Part shown: piece by piece, positions 32,176 to 42,400 of the stretch | How the letters are laid out: each line of letters opens with the position of its first letter | Numbering within the stretch: position 1 is the first letter of the stretch | Notes under the pieces: model-generated | The model's database searches: none | Told to the model about the DNA's origin: nothing | What the model saw: the letters and a program-made list of their open reading frames with translations, nothing else | Assembly (NCBI GenBank): GCA_002811645.1 | Contig: PDIP01000081.1 | Location: 1-44,292 of the forward strand | Direction of reading: 5' to 3' | Length of the DNA stretch: 44,292 nt | DNA from: Corallochytrium limacisporum Hawaii | Lineage: Eukaryota > Protista > Pluriformea | Position numbers and translations under genes: made by a program

Positions 32176-32614
32176 ACTGGATCTAAATCTGGGCCGCAGG
32201 TTGACACACCGAACGCTACTGGGCAACAACCAACGTTGCCTTTCACAGATGCACTCGGAGCAAATGGTAGCTGGTCTGTCGTAACTACCTTTGTTGCTAA
32301 ATGATCTCCTAGCTAGCAGCAAACGGTCTTGAACCTACCGTCACACCTCCGCGCAAGGACGGCACGTCATCAGTCCGCCCCTCCCAACCAAACTTTGCTA
32401 CTGCCGCCAGCGTGTCCGCAAAAGCGGGGTTTAGTGCGCTGGTACGGACTACTACTAAGACTTTTTGCGCGGGAGCAGTCTCTCCTTTGCAAGGGTGTTT
32501 GGAGCCAGCGGGTAGTTCAAGGGTTGGGGGGACTGGGCATGTGTCAGCAAGTGCGTCACACGTACCGGTCAAACAAAGCACAGGCCCTTATCCATTAGGA
32601 CAAAACACAGGCAA

Positions 32615-33889
32615 ATGGTCAAATCCCGACTTTTGGAGCTCTTGGAGCTCCGTCGTGAGGCGGACCTGCTTCCATTCATTCTTACACATCTGAACATTGT
32701 AATGTACGCGTTTGCATTCTGGCTGAACACATCAGTCCGGCCCTTCTTAACGCAGGAGTTAGGAGTTGATATTGCTACCTACGGCATGTTACAGAGTGCC
32801 TTTAACCTCTTACAGCTTATTGGGGGGCCTTTGGTGGGACGAGTAGGTGATGCGCATGGAGCGCGCGCTGCGTTAATCCTCACTCAAGGCGCTGCCGCTG
32901 GCTACTACATTTCTCTTGCTCTCTCGTACGACGTGACTATTCTTTTCCTGGCACAGGTTCCCGGCATATTCATGCATGTAATGCAAGTGGCACAGTCCTT
33001 CATTGCGATCTTTGTGCAAGACGAACATAGAGCCGACGGATTTTCGAGGCTTTCGATCAGCTACAGCGTGGGCATGTTGCTCGGTACATCCTTGTCTGGA
33101 CGCGCTTCAGAGATATTCGGGTATCACGGTGTCGCTATGGTCGCTGGATTTGGCTCTCTGTTGATCACAATTGCTGCTGCTGTCATCATGCCCCAAGGAA
33201 AGGTGGAAAAAGCTGGAAAATCGAAGAAGGAGACGCAGGAAGACAAGGGTCTCCACATATCTGAAATCATCAGTATCTTGAAGCAACCAACTATCTTCCA
33301 CAATACTGTATTCACAATTCTTATGGGCTTTGCCATCAACATTGTACAGTCTCAGATCACACTTGTGCTGAAGGACAAATTTTCGTTGTCTCCGGGTGAT
33401 ATCAGTTTATTCTTCACCCTGACACTGCCGTTCGGCATGCTGGGTTCGACCTTTATCATTCCATACTTGGAAAACAACTTCTCGAAGAGGCAGATTCTAA
33501 GTTCATCCTGCACAGTGGTATTGATTTCACTGCCTCTAGTGACCATGTCCCAAGACGTGTACACTTTCTCTGTCTTTGCGGTCCTTATGTCTCTTGGATC
33601 CCTAGTCTTGTATACCACTGTCAACGCGCTCAACTCACTTGTTGCAAACCCGGAAGACATGAGCACTTCCATTGCGCTGTCCCACGCCTCAAGATCGGCA
33701 TGTGGAGTTGTAGGTCCCACTGTTGGAGGATTGGTGATAGCTCAGCTGGGATTCGAAAACCTTGGGGCCGTAGCAGCTCTTCTCGCTGCTGCTGCACTAT
33801 TCTACATGAACAGCTTCTTGGGGAATCTGCTTGATCGACTGCCAAACCCCGCCAAAGAGGCGACAGGCGAAAAAGCAAAGAAGAATTAA
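32615..33889 (+). CDS. MFS transporter, SLC22A18-like
   Basis: About 12 TM helices; YGMLQSAFNLLQLIGGPLVGRVGDAHGARAAL (MFS motif A) and VPGIFMH resemble SLC22A18. Confidence 0.85.
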   Translation: MVKSRLLELLELRREADLLPFILTHLNIVMYAFAFWLNTSVRPFLTQELGVDIATYGMLQSAFNLLQLIGGPLVGRVGDAHGARAALILTQGAAAGYYISLALSYDVTILFLAQVPGIFMHVMQVAQSFIAIFVQDEHRADGFSRLSISYSVGMLLGTSLSGRASEIFGYHGVAMVAGFGSLLITIAAAVIMPQGKVEKAGKSKKETQEDKGLHISEIISILKQPTIFHNTVFTILMGFAINIVQSQITLVLKDKFSLSPGDISLFFTLTLPFGMLGSTFIIPYLENNFSKRQILSSSCTVVLISLPLVTMSQDVYTFSVFAVLMSLGSLVLYTTVNALNSLVANPEDMSTSIALSHASRSACGVVGPTVGGLVIAQLGFENLGAVAALLAAAALFYMNSFLGNLLDRLPNPAKEATGEKAKKN

Positions 33890-33919
33890 CTCCGTGACTA
33901 TACATCTATGTCTGATTCT

Positions 33920-34873
33920 TTATGCACAGAAATAGGCACCAGAGAGTGCCAAATTCCGATACTCATTGGTTAGTCTGCGGTCAAAGACCATGCGTGCTGG
34001 ATTCAATCCACTTGTCGGTCGCTTGATGACTCGGACTGGTGCGGATCCGATCCGCTTCATCTTGATGTCGAATGGAGCGACAAACTTCTCGATGTAGTCA
34101 GACCGATAGGACGGGCCAAGGGCCTCCATCCTTTGAATGATTCGCTTCTCGTACTTGTCGATGAAAAGTTCGGCATCCGTGCCATATGCTTCGTTGGCCT
34201 GTTCATAGTGTGCCACAAAATGATCCAAAGTAGTGTCGCGAACAGCCATGTCCCGCCGAGCAGTTTCGTCATAAAGCTGTGATCGTCCTTTGCCTCCTTT
34301 CGACCTCTTGCCTCCGGCTCGACTCTGTTTCATACTGTCTCCAACTTCATTGTTTGCATTCGTCCTCTCCTTAACTTGCCTACCAAGACGTGCTCTGGCT
34401 AATGGATCCTGTGCATACACGCTCTTGTACTTGCTAGCCCCAAAGCTCTTCAATGTCAGCGATGCCTTATCCGGTCTCACTTCGTCAAGTCCACCATACT
34501 GTACTTGCTGACTTCGCGTATCCTTGGTGGCCAGCCTCATGCGGTCTATGCTTTCAAATATGGCATTGCGTAGCTCTTCCTGGTGAGCACATTTTACGTA
34601 CTCCGTATCCGAGAACTCATCCTCATGTGCCCTCCTTGGTTTCGAGAAATCCATGTACGGCATGGGCTGCTGTGTGACTGCATTGCGCTTAAATACTTGA
34701 ACATTCGATAACTCTTCTAAGACGTCTTCTGGAAGAAGTTCTCGTGTCTCTTGCAGATGTATCCGTTCCTGGTGCAGCTCCTGCGCACTGTTTTCTTGAT
34801 CCTCTCTGTTCGTTGCCTTCAAGTGTTCTATTCTACCCAGCAGCCGAGATGTGAGACTGTTTTCCCGTTTCAT
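33920..34873 (-). CDS. Hypothetical charged helical protein (317 aa)
   Basis: Long ATG ORF filling the gap between the MFS gene and a divergent GC-rich promoter, with its stop 30 nt from the convergent MFS stop. No family confidently recognised. Confidence 0.7.
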   Translation of the reverse strand: MKRENSLTSRLLGRIEHLKATNREDQENSAQELHQERIHLQETRELLPEDVLEELSNVQVFKRNAVTQQPMPYMDFSKPRRAHEDEFSDTEYVKCAHQEELRNAIFESIDRMRLATKDTRSQQVQYGGLDEVRPDKASLTLKSFGASKYKSVYAQDPLARARLGRQVKERTNANNEVGDSMKQSRAGGKRSKGGKGRSQLYDETARRDMAVRDTTLDHFVAHYEQANEAYGTDAELFIDKYEKRIIQRMEALGPSYRSDYIEKFVAPFDIKMKRIGSAPVRVIKRPTSGLNPARMVFDRRLTNEYRNLALSGAYFCA

Positions 34874-35816
34874 GGTAGTTTATAGTAAACATAGCATAGA
34901 ATACATGATAAACGTCTGCTTGGCATGCTCATGATTGCACTCGTGTGCACACTCGCTAGGATGCACAAATAGCACTACTGGCCCTTGGCAACCGTCCCAC
35001 CTTCACCCGACCCCTCCCAACAACCTCGCGGTCCCCCACCTCCTCCCGGGGTGGGAGGGTACCAGCGGAAGAGAGGTGGAGGTATTCTGGACGGTGTTTT
35101 TGTTTTGAGTGGCTCGCGCGCAAACGCGTACTGATTGCGTTCTTGCGTACTCGATTGCACCGAAGGGAGGGGTTCTGCAAAAACCCACCATATGCTTCTT
35201 TTTGCATCGCCTGCGGTGCTGCGTGGCGCATACTCCGGTACGGTACGTGATCAGAGGGTGCTCTGTGGATGAAACGAGCGGCACCGATTCATATTTTTAC
35301 GTGGGGGAGGTAAGTGGTTACGATATGTGTCATAGAGTTTGTACAATATCAGCCCGGCTTAGTACAAAGTGGGGATGGGGGCATCTCTGCCTAAACTACC
35401 GATGAAAAGATGAAGAGGCCCATTAAAATTGCAATGAAAAACCTGGCCCGGGGCCTTCTTCTCTGTATGGCTTTTTTCCCACTCGGCGCTTCGCTACCTT
35501 CCTTTCGCCCGCCGTCCTTTCGCCATAGCGAATGTGTAGTAGCCAAAGTACGTCATCGACCGACCCGATATATTAAGAAAGCGAGGCCATTGTTTGACAG
35601 TTGATAGTTGTGGGAGGAAGTTGCTGGAGACGTTTACATTCACTCTCCACACAATGACCCCGTTTTGGATCGTAACTCTACGCACTCCATCCTGACGTAG
35701 TATGCACATGTTGTTTGGTACCTTGTCAGGAGAAATTTGGTTGATGAAAAGAGGTATTTGAACGCGCACAGTCAAGATCCGTACTCGGTAGAATCTGTAT
35801 TGCGTATTGTCTCACC

Positions 35817-37283
35817 ATGGATAATTTCGATCAAATAAGCATGTCCGCCAACTTAGCACTTGCCGCCGCGCTTGGCCTTGGCGTAGGCTTTGTGGTTGGT
35901 CGTCAATCGACTACTCCTGGCTTCTCTGCTGTTCTCGAGCCTTTGGGCCTTGGAGACCAATCGTATGCTGCTTGGGACGATGATATGGTTAAATATGTCA
36001 GCAGCTTCCATATCACTTCCCGGGAGCTGAGGATGCTTAAGGACAGGATGATCGACGCATTCCATGCCGGCTTGCGTGGTGACAAGAATGCCGTCCTCCC
36101 AATGTTGCCTTCTTACGTCAAGCATTTCCCCACCGGTAACGAGCACGGTGACTTCCTCGCTCTCGATCTTGGCGGTTCAAACTTCCGTGTGCTGAATCTC
36201 CATATCGACGAGGATGGTGAGCCCAGTATGACAGCCAAGAAGTATCACATTGACAATGATTTGAAGACCGGACAGGCCGCAGCTCTCTTCGACTTTCTTG
36301 CTGACTGCATTGAGGACTTCCACCCTGAATGCAAGACTTCCAAGGAAAGTGTCCCGCTTGGCTTCACTTTCTCATTCCCGGTTGAACAGCAGGGATTGGC
36401 CAAGGGTGTTCTGAAGAGTTGGACCAAGGGATTCTCTGCCAGTGGAGTTCTAGGTCAGGATGTTGTGCAGCTGCTCCAGGAGGCTTGCGAGCGCAAGAAA
36501 TTGCACGTCAAGGTGGTGGCTATTTGCAATGACACAGTGGGCACCCAGGTCGCTCGCATGATTGATGACCGCCGCTGCTATGTTGGAATCATTGTGGGCA
36601 CGGGCAGCAATGCTTGCTATTGGGAACGGATGTCTAACATTGGAAAGATTGAGGGCAACGAAGGCCACATGATCGTAAACACGGAATGGGGCTTCTATGA
36701 TGGAGTACCCTCCACCACGATTGACGACGAACTGGATGCAGACACTCACAACAAGGGCAAATCCCGTTTCGAGAAGATGATTTCGGGTATGTACCTGGGT
36801 GAAATCTTCCGTCGCGTTGTGTTGCGGGCCAACAAGGATGGCAAGATGTTCAAGGACAACTCACTGTCATCTATCAAGGACACGTGGTCCATCGACACTG
36901 CGGTTCTCTCTCAGATGGAGGCTGACGAGACCAAGACTCTTTCCGACGTCAAGACTGTCTTGCAGAGGCATTTGAATGTTCCTCATGTTTCTACTGAGGA
37001 TGCCTACAAGTCATTGCGTATTGCGCAGGCCATCTCCAACCGTGCCGCAAACCTTGCCGCTATGGCTACTGCTGCCTTGGTTGAGAAGGCCAACCGCACC
37101 AACGACTGCACTGTTGCTTTTGATGGTACTGTCATGCTCAAGTATCCTCACTTTGAAGAACGCATGAAATCTGCCCTTTCGGAAATTTTGCCTCGTGGTC
37201 ACAACATCACATTCAAGAAGTCCGAAGATGGCAGTGGACGTGGTGCTGCTATCATTGCTGCTACTGCCTTGCAGGGTGAATGA
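35817..37283 (+). CDS. HXK: Hexokinase (single ~50-kDa unit) with N-terminal hydrophobic anchor
   Basis: LALDLGGSNFRV, LGFTFSFPVEQ, WTKGF, NDTVGT, GTGSNACY, NTEWG, FEKMISGMYLGEI, SEDGSGRGAA; N-terminal LALAAALGLGVGFVVG. Confidence 0.97.
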   Translation: MDNFDQISMSANLALAAALGLGVGFVVGRQSTTPGFSAVLEPLGLGDQSYAAWDDDMVKYVSSFHITSRELRMLKDRMIDAFHAGLRGDKNAVLPMLPSYVKHFPTGNEHGDFLALDLGGSNFRVLNLHIDEDGEPSMTAKKYHIDNDLKTGQAAALFDFLADCIEDFHPECKTSKESVPLGFTFSFPVEQQGLAKGVLKSWTKGFSASGVLGQDVVQLLQEACERKKLHVKVVAICNDTVGTQVARMIDDRRCYVGIIVGTGSNACYWERMSNIGKIEGNEGHMIVNTEWGFYDGVPSTTIDDELDADTHNKGKSRFEKMISGMYLGEIFRRVVLRANKDGKMFKDNSLSSIKDTWSIDTAVLSQMEADETKTLSDVKTVLQRHLNVPHVSTEDAYKSLRIAQAISNRAANLAAMATAALVEKANRTNDCTVAFDGTVMLKYPHFEERMKSALSEILPRGHNITFKKSEDGSGRGAAIIAATALQGE

Positions 37284-37322
37284 ACGTCATGTAAATACAT
37301 TTCTTTATTTGATGGTGATAGT

Positions 37323-38888
37323 CTACAATGAAAATTCGGACTCCTCCATGAAATCAAAGTCCCGGTATTCAAGTGCAGAAGCCTTTATGGTCTTGTCCTC
37401 GTCCGCTTCTATAAGATGTAGCAAGTTTGTGGGTAGGAGGCTTTGAATATCAAAGTCCTGCGCTCTTAGCGGCTTTCGGAATAGGCTTGCCATGTGGCGA
37501 ATGTCCGTATGGAAATGTGCCTCCAACTGCTTGATCTCCCAGAGAGACGATTGAAGGGCATGGGCATCGCCTGGTTTCTCCTCATCCATGACGAAGGGAT
37601 CAACGACCGGATCCATCGCATCCGGGTTGTCAATAAGTACCTTACACGTGGGAAAGCGGCGGAGAAGGTTGTAGCTGAGAGCGAGCAAGACTTTCGCAAC
37701 GGGTACTGCTGCGAAGAGACATAGCTGAGTCATCCGTTTGACGAAAGCTGCAACAATGGAATGACTCAATAGTGGCGACTTGAAGAATACATCCAGGAGG
37801 TAGAAAACTCGGTCACGATACTTCACCCGCAGCAAATCCATGTCGAGAATTTCGTAAACCCTGTCAAAGAAGTGAGGGTACTCAAGACCGTGTTTGACGA
37901 TTAGAATGAAGATGTCGTCCAATGAGATCAGTCTAGTAATCCCGCCCAGCTGAAACGACATGGTCAAAAAGTCAGCAAGCAAGATGGGCTGGCTCATGTA
38001 CGGAATAATGTTGTCTTCCATACCAATCAAGATATGTTTGTACTGCGAGCGTGTCAATGGCATCCGCAGAACGGTAAGCCAGCAATCCTGGAATCCCTTC
38101 TTATGATGATTCAGGTTTCTCAACGGCTCCACCCCTGTGTCTTCATCAGCTTCTCCGGCAATGAATCCGTCGAGCTCCTCCTCCTTTGTTGCCATGTTCA
38201 CGTCATCAACAAGCACCAGAGTATGCCGAATTAGTCGCCCCAACTCTGGGGATGAACGATTCTGTTCAAGAAGGTTAGCTACATTACGTAGAGTGTAGTA
38301 CCTCACGTCATCATAGGCATGTAAATACCCGTCAATGTAGTGTTCGCAAACTTTTGCAAAATTCTTTTCCCTTGAAAGCATCGCTAGCAACAGCCGTTCA
38401 TGAAGATTGTTCGCAAACACTAGCTTCTGCGTTCCATTCTTTTTGCGAATGTGTGCACTCTCTAAGCAGATAAAGGACATTAAAACATCCACGGCCTTTT
38501 TGGCTATCTTGGAGCTGGGGTTCTTTCTTAATAGTCTTAAAATGAGCCTGCAGAACTCTGTGTACTGGTCATACAGCCATACCCCAATCTGCCGAGCAGG
38601 GTCAAGTTCGTGCTCCGACCATGCGGGCTTTCCAAACTCGAAACGACCCTTCTGCTGTAATGTGTGGAATACATCCTGTATCATACTCAGCCCGGTGATA
38701 CAACCCTGTAGTTTGGCATCTTGCCCTGCTTGTTCTGTCAGAGAGTAGATTTTGAGCAAGTCATTTGCATTTGCGATGTTCGAAATCACTGAGACGGCAA
38801 GGGTCTTCAACTCCTCGACCAAGGGGTCAGCCGCTTTGGCTACAGCTTTGGTCCTTTTCACCATCTTTGCCTCAGTTCGCAGAGTCAT
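37323..38888 (-). CDS. NOC4: Nucleolar complex protein 4 (CBF/Mak21 domain)
   Basis: YDDVRYY, FQDCWL, LADFLT..GG, GLEYPHFFDRVY, VAAFVKR, YNLLRRFPTC, DPF..ALQSSLWEI..HFH. Start at ATG 38888 or 38864. Confidence 0.92.
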   Translation of the reverse strand: MTLRTEAKMVKRTKAVAKAADPLVEELKTLAVSVISNIANANDLLKIYSLTEQAGQDAKLQGCITGLSMIQDVFHTLQQKGRFEFGKPAWSEHELDPARQIGVWLYDQYTEFCRLILRLLRKNPSSKIAKKAVDVLMSFICLESAHIRKKNGTQKLVFANNLHERLLLAMLSREKNFAKVCEHYIDGYLHAYDDVRYYTLRNVANLLEQNRSSPELGRLIRHTLVLVDDVNMATKEEELDGFIAGEADEDTGVEPLRNLNHHKKGFQDCWLTVLRMPLTRSQYKHILIGMEDNIIPYMSQPILLADFLTMSFQLGGITRLISLDDIFILIVKHGLEYPHFFDRVYEILDMDLLRVKYRDRVFYLLDVFFKSPLLSHSIVAAFVKRMTQLCLFAAVPVAKVLLALSYNLLRRFPTCKVLIDNPDAMDPVVDPFVMDEEKPGDAHALQSSLWEIKQLEAHFHTDIRHMASLFRKPLRAQDFDIQSLLPTNLLHLIEADEDKTIKASALEYRDFDFMEESEFSL

Positions 38889-39419
38889 GTGATCCTCATT
38901 TCTCCTTTTATCCTTCACTGTTCACAGCAGAGTCGGCAGTTATGGCCAACGTACCATCCCTGATGTTGCGGTCCGGAGTCTCAAATACGCCCGTCCTCAA
39001 CAGGGGCCCACTACACCAGCCCCTCTACGAGAACGACCGCACCACGCGCCCTGCGGAGGGTATATGTGCGGGTCTCACTAGTCCGCTTTCTCCCCTCCCA
39101 CAGGTGGGCTCCATGTGAAAAGTCTGCAGCTGCAGCAGGCGAAAATGTATGCCATCCAGGCCCCTGGGGAGGGAAGGCGAGGAGACTGCGTCTGGATTAG
39201 GGGTTGGGGCGGAAATCCATAGGCACCGGGCGGACCACACGCGAGCTATCACATTGAGGAGGGGAGAGTAGACGAGCCGAGCCGGGAAGGGTATCTCAGA
39301 CTGTGTGGTCAAGATCCGGGATATGGAGTCAGTCGGAGTCTCGAACACAGTAAATTACTAAGGACAGATAGTTTAGTATGGAATGGTCATAGAATCATGG
39401 CTTGGGTGTACGTGCCATC

Positions 39420-42400
39420 ATGAAAGAAGTTTTTGATAACCGCGATGCGTCGAGGCGGGTGTCCGAGATCAGCTTTGGTCTCTTCGGGGCTCCAGACACT
39501 GTGAAATTGTCCCATGTCCAGTGTATCAATCGTGAATTATACTGGCCGCAGACGCGGGAACCATTTCCTCATGGTGTACTAGATCAGCGCCTGGGAACCT
39601 CAGACAAACAAAAAACATGCTCAACATGTAAGCTGCGCATGGCCGAATGTGTGGGCCATTGGGGCTTTGTTAAGTTGGAGTTGCCAGTTTACCATCCAGG
39701 CTATTTTCGGGCTGTTTTGGGAATTTTGAGTTGCATTTGTAAGACTTGTAGTAGGATCCTCCTGGATGACACAAAGCGTTCACTATATCTTGCGCGATAC
39801 AGGAGAGCCAATTTGGAAAATCTTCAGCGGAAGATGTTAGCAAAACAGATCATGGTCTTATGTCGCAGAACAACAAACTGCCCTCATTGTGGCAGCTATA
39901 ATGGGTCAATCAAGAAGGTTGGTATGATGAAAATCATTCACGAGAAATGGAAGCGCAAGGCCAACTCACAGGACTCTGATCTGCTGGAGTTCCGTCGAGG
40001 TCTGGAAAATGTAGCGAAGGAGAAACCAGAGATTCAGGGGTTCATTTCAAAGGCACAGGAGGCTCTTACACCTTTGCGTGTCCTCGAAATGTTCAAAAGG
40101 GTTACTGATGAGGACTGTGAAATTTTGGATCTGAATGTGGAGTTCGGAAGGCCAGAGAGGCTCATCTGCACACACATCTTGGTCCCACCTGTGTGCATTC
40201 GTCCATCTGTGGCCATGGAAGGCGGCGCCGGTTCAAACGAAGATGACATCACTATGAAGATTTCGGAGATTATTTTCATCAACACCATCATACGAAAGCA
40301 CATGGAAACCGGTGCGAACGTCACTTTGATTATGGAGGACTGGGACTTCTTGCATTTGCAGTGTGCCATGCTGGTGAACAGTGAAATCACAGGTGTGCCT
40401 TACCAATTCCAAGCGACGAAGCCATCTCGAGGTCTCTGCCAGCGACTGAAGGGTAAGAGTGGACGCTTCCGTGGTAATTTATCTGGAAAGCGTGTGGATT
40501 TCAGCAGTCGCACTGTCATTTCACCTGACCCAAATTTAAAGATCAACCAGGTTGCTGTTCCGCAAGATGTCGCAAAGATCCTTACGTACCCAGAGCGTGT
40601 CACAAAGTTTAACATCGACAGGCTCCGGAAATTGATCCGGAACGGACCTGACAAGTATCCCGGTGCCAACTTCATTGAACTTCCTGACAAGTCTAAGCGC
40701 TTCTTGAAGTATGTGGACAGGCCAAGGATGGCCGATGAATTGAGCGTCGGTGCGATTGTGGAAAGGCATCTGTGTGATGACGATATTGTGCTCTTCAATC
40801 GCCAACCGTCCCTGCATAAGATGTCCATTATGGCTCACAGGGTGACAGTGCGACCGCACAAGACCTTCAGATTGAACGAATGTGTTTGTACTCCGTACAA
40901 TGCAGATTTTGATGGAGATGAAATGAATTTGCATGTACCTCAATCCGAGACTGCCCGTGTAGAGGCTCAAGTGCTCATGGGTATCAACAACAACACATGT
41001 ACGCCTCGTGACGGTGCACCATTGATTGCTGCGATTCAAGACTTTATCACAGCATCTTATCTGCTGACTCAAAAGGATGTGTTCATGGACCGTGCTCAGT
41101 TTATGCAGCTGTGTTCGTACTTGAGTGACGGTGAGTTGAAGATTACGATGCCACCACCGTGTATCTGGAAACCTGTACGCATGTGGAGTGGAAAGCAGGT
41201 TTTCAGTATGTTGCTGTCCTACTCTGACACTGCTCGAGGTAAGGTGAACATAGAGGCTGCAACCAAGGGATACTCAAAATCTGGTGAGTCCTTGTGTGCC
41301 AAGGATGGATATGTCGTCATTCGCAACGGTGAACTACTCGCTGGTGCCATTGACAAAAGTGTTATCGGTAGCGGTAGCAAGAAGACAATCTTCTACCACT
41401 TACTGCACGACTATGGTCCCGAAGTCAGCGCAGATCGCATGAGCAGGCTGTCGAAGCTCTGCACTCGCTTCCTTAGCAACTATGGATTCTCCATCGGTAT
41501 TGGAGATGTTCAGCCTGGTGAGACCCTGACTGATCTCAAAGAAGTCCTGGTGAAACGCGGATACGAGAAGTGTAATGAATACATTTCAGAGTTTCGCGAG
41601 GGTCGCCTGACACCGCAGGCAGGGTACTCCGCCGAAGAAACCTTGGAAGCTGTGCTCAACGGAGAACTGTCCGCCATCCGTGAGGATGCTGGTAAGATTT
41701 GTTTGCAGGAGCTGAGTCCATTCAACTCCCCCATGATCATGGCTCTTTGTGGATCCAAGGGCAGCAACATTAATATTTCTCAGATGATTGCCTGTGTGGG
41801 TCAGCAGACTGTCAGCGGTAGTCGTGTTCCTGAGGGCTTCGAAGATCGTACCCTGCCTCACTTTACATTGCGAGCAAAGGAACCTGCCGCCAAGGGATTC
41901 GTTCGCAACTCATTTTACACAGGTTTGACCCCTACTGAGTTCTTCTTCCACACGATGGGAGGTCGTGAAGGTCTTGTAGATACCGCTGTGAAGACGGCCG
42001 AGACAGGTTATATGCAGAGGCGTTTGATGAAGGCCCTGGAGGACCTGTGTGTTTCCTACGATCACTCCGTCAGGAACTCCACTGGACATATCATTCAGTT
42101 TACGTATGGTGATGATTCTTATGATCCGACTCTCATGCAAGGCGACGAATCGGTTATTCAGATTGATCGCCTGTTTAAGCACATCATGCAACAGCATCTG
42201 GAAGCTGAGCAGCGACAGCGCAGCCCAACCATTACCGACCCCAAGCAGCTGCTTAAGTACAAGTCGATTCTGAAGGAGAAGATTGTCGGTACCGGCATTG
42301 AGCATGATGGAGAACAAATCAAGCTAGTGAACCGTCAGATCGACGGATTGATCGAAAGGTTAGCCTCTTTGAGGCGCAAGTTTAGCCTGGAAAGCGGTCA

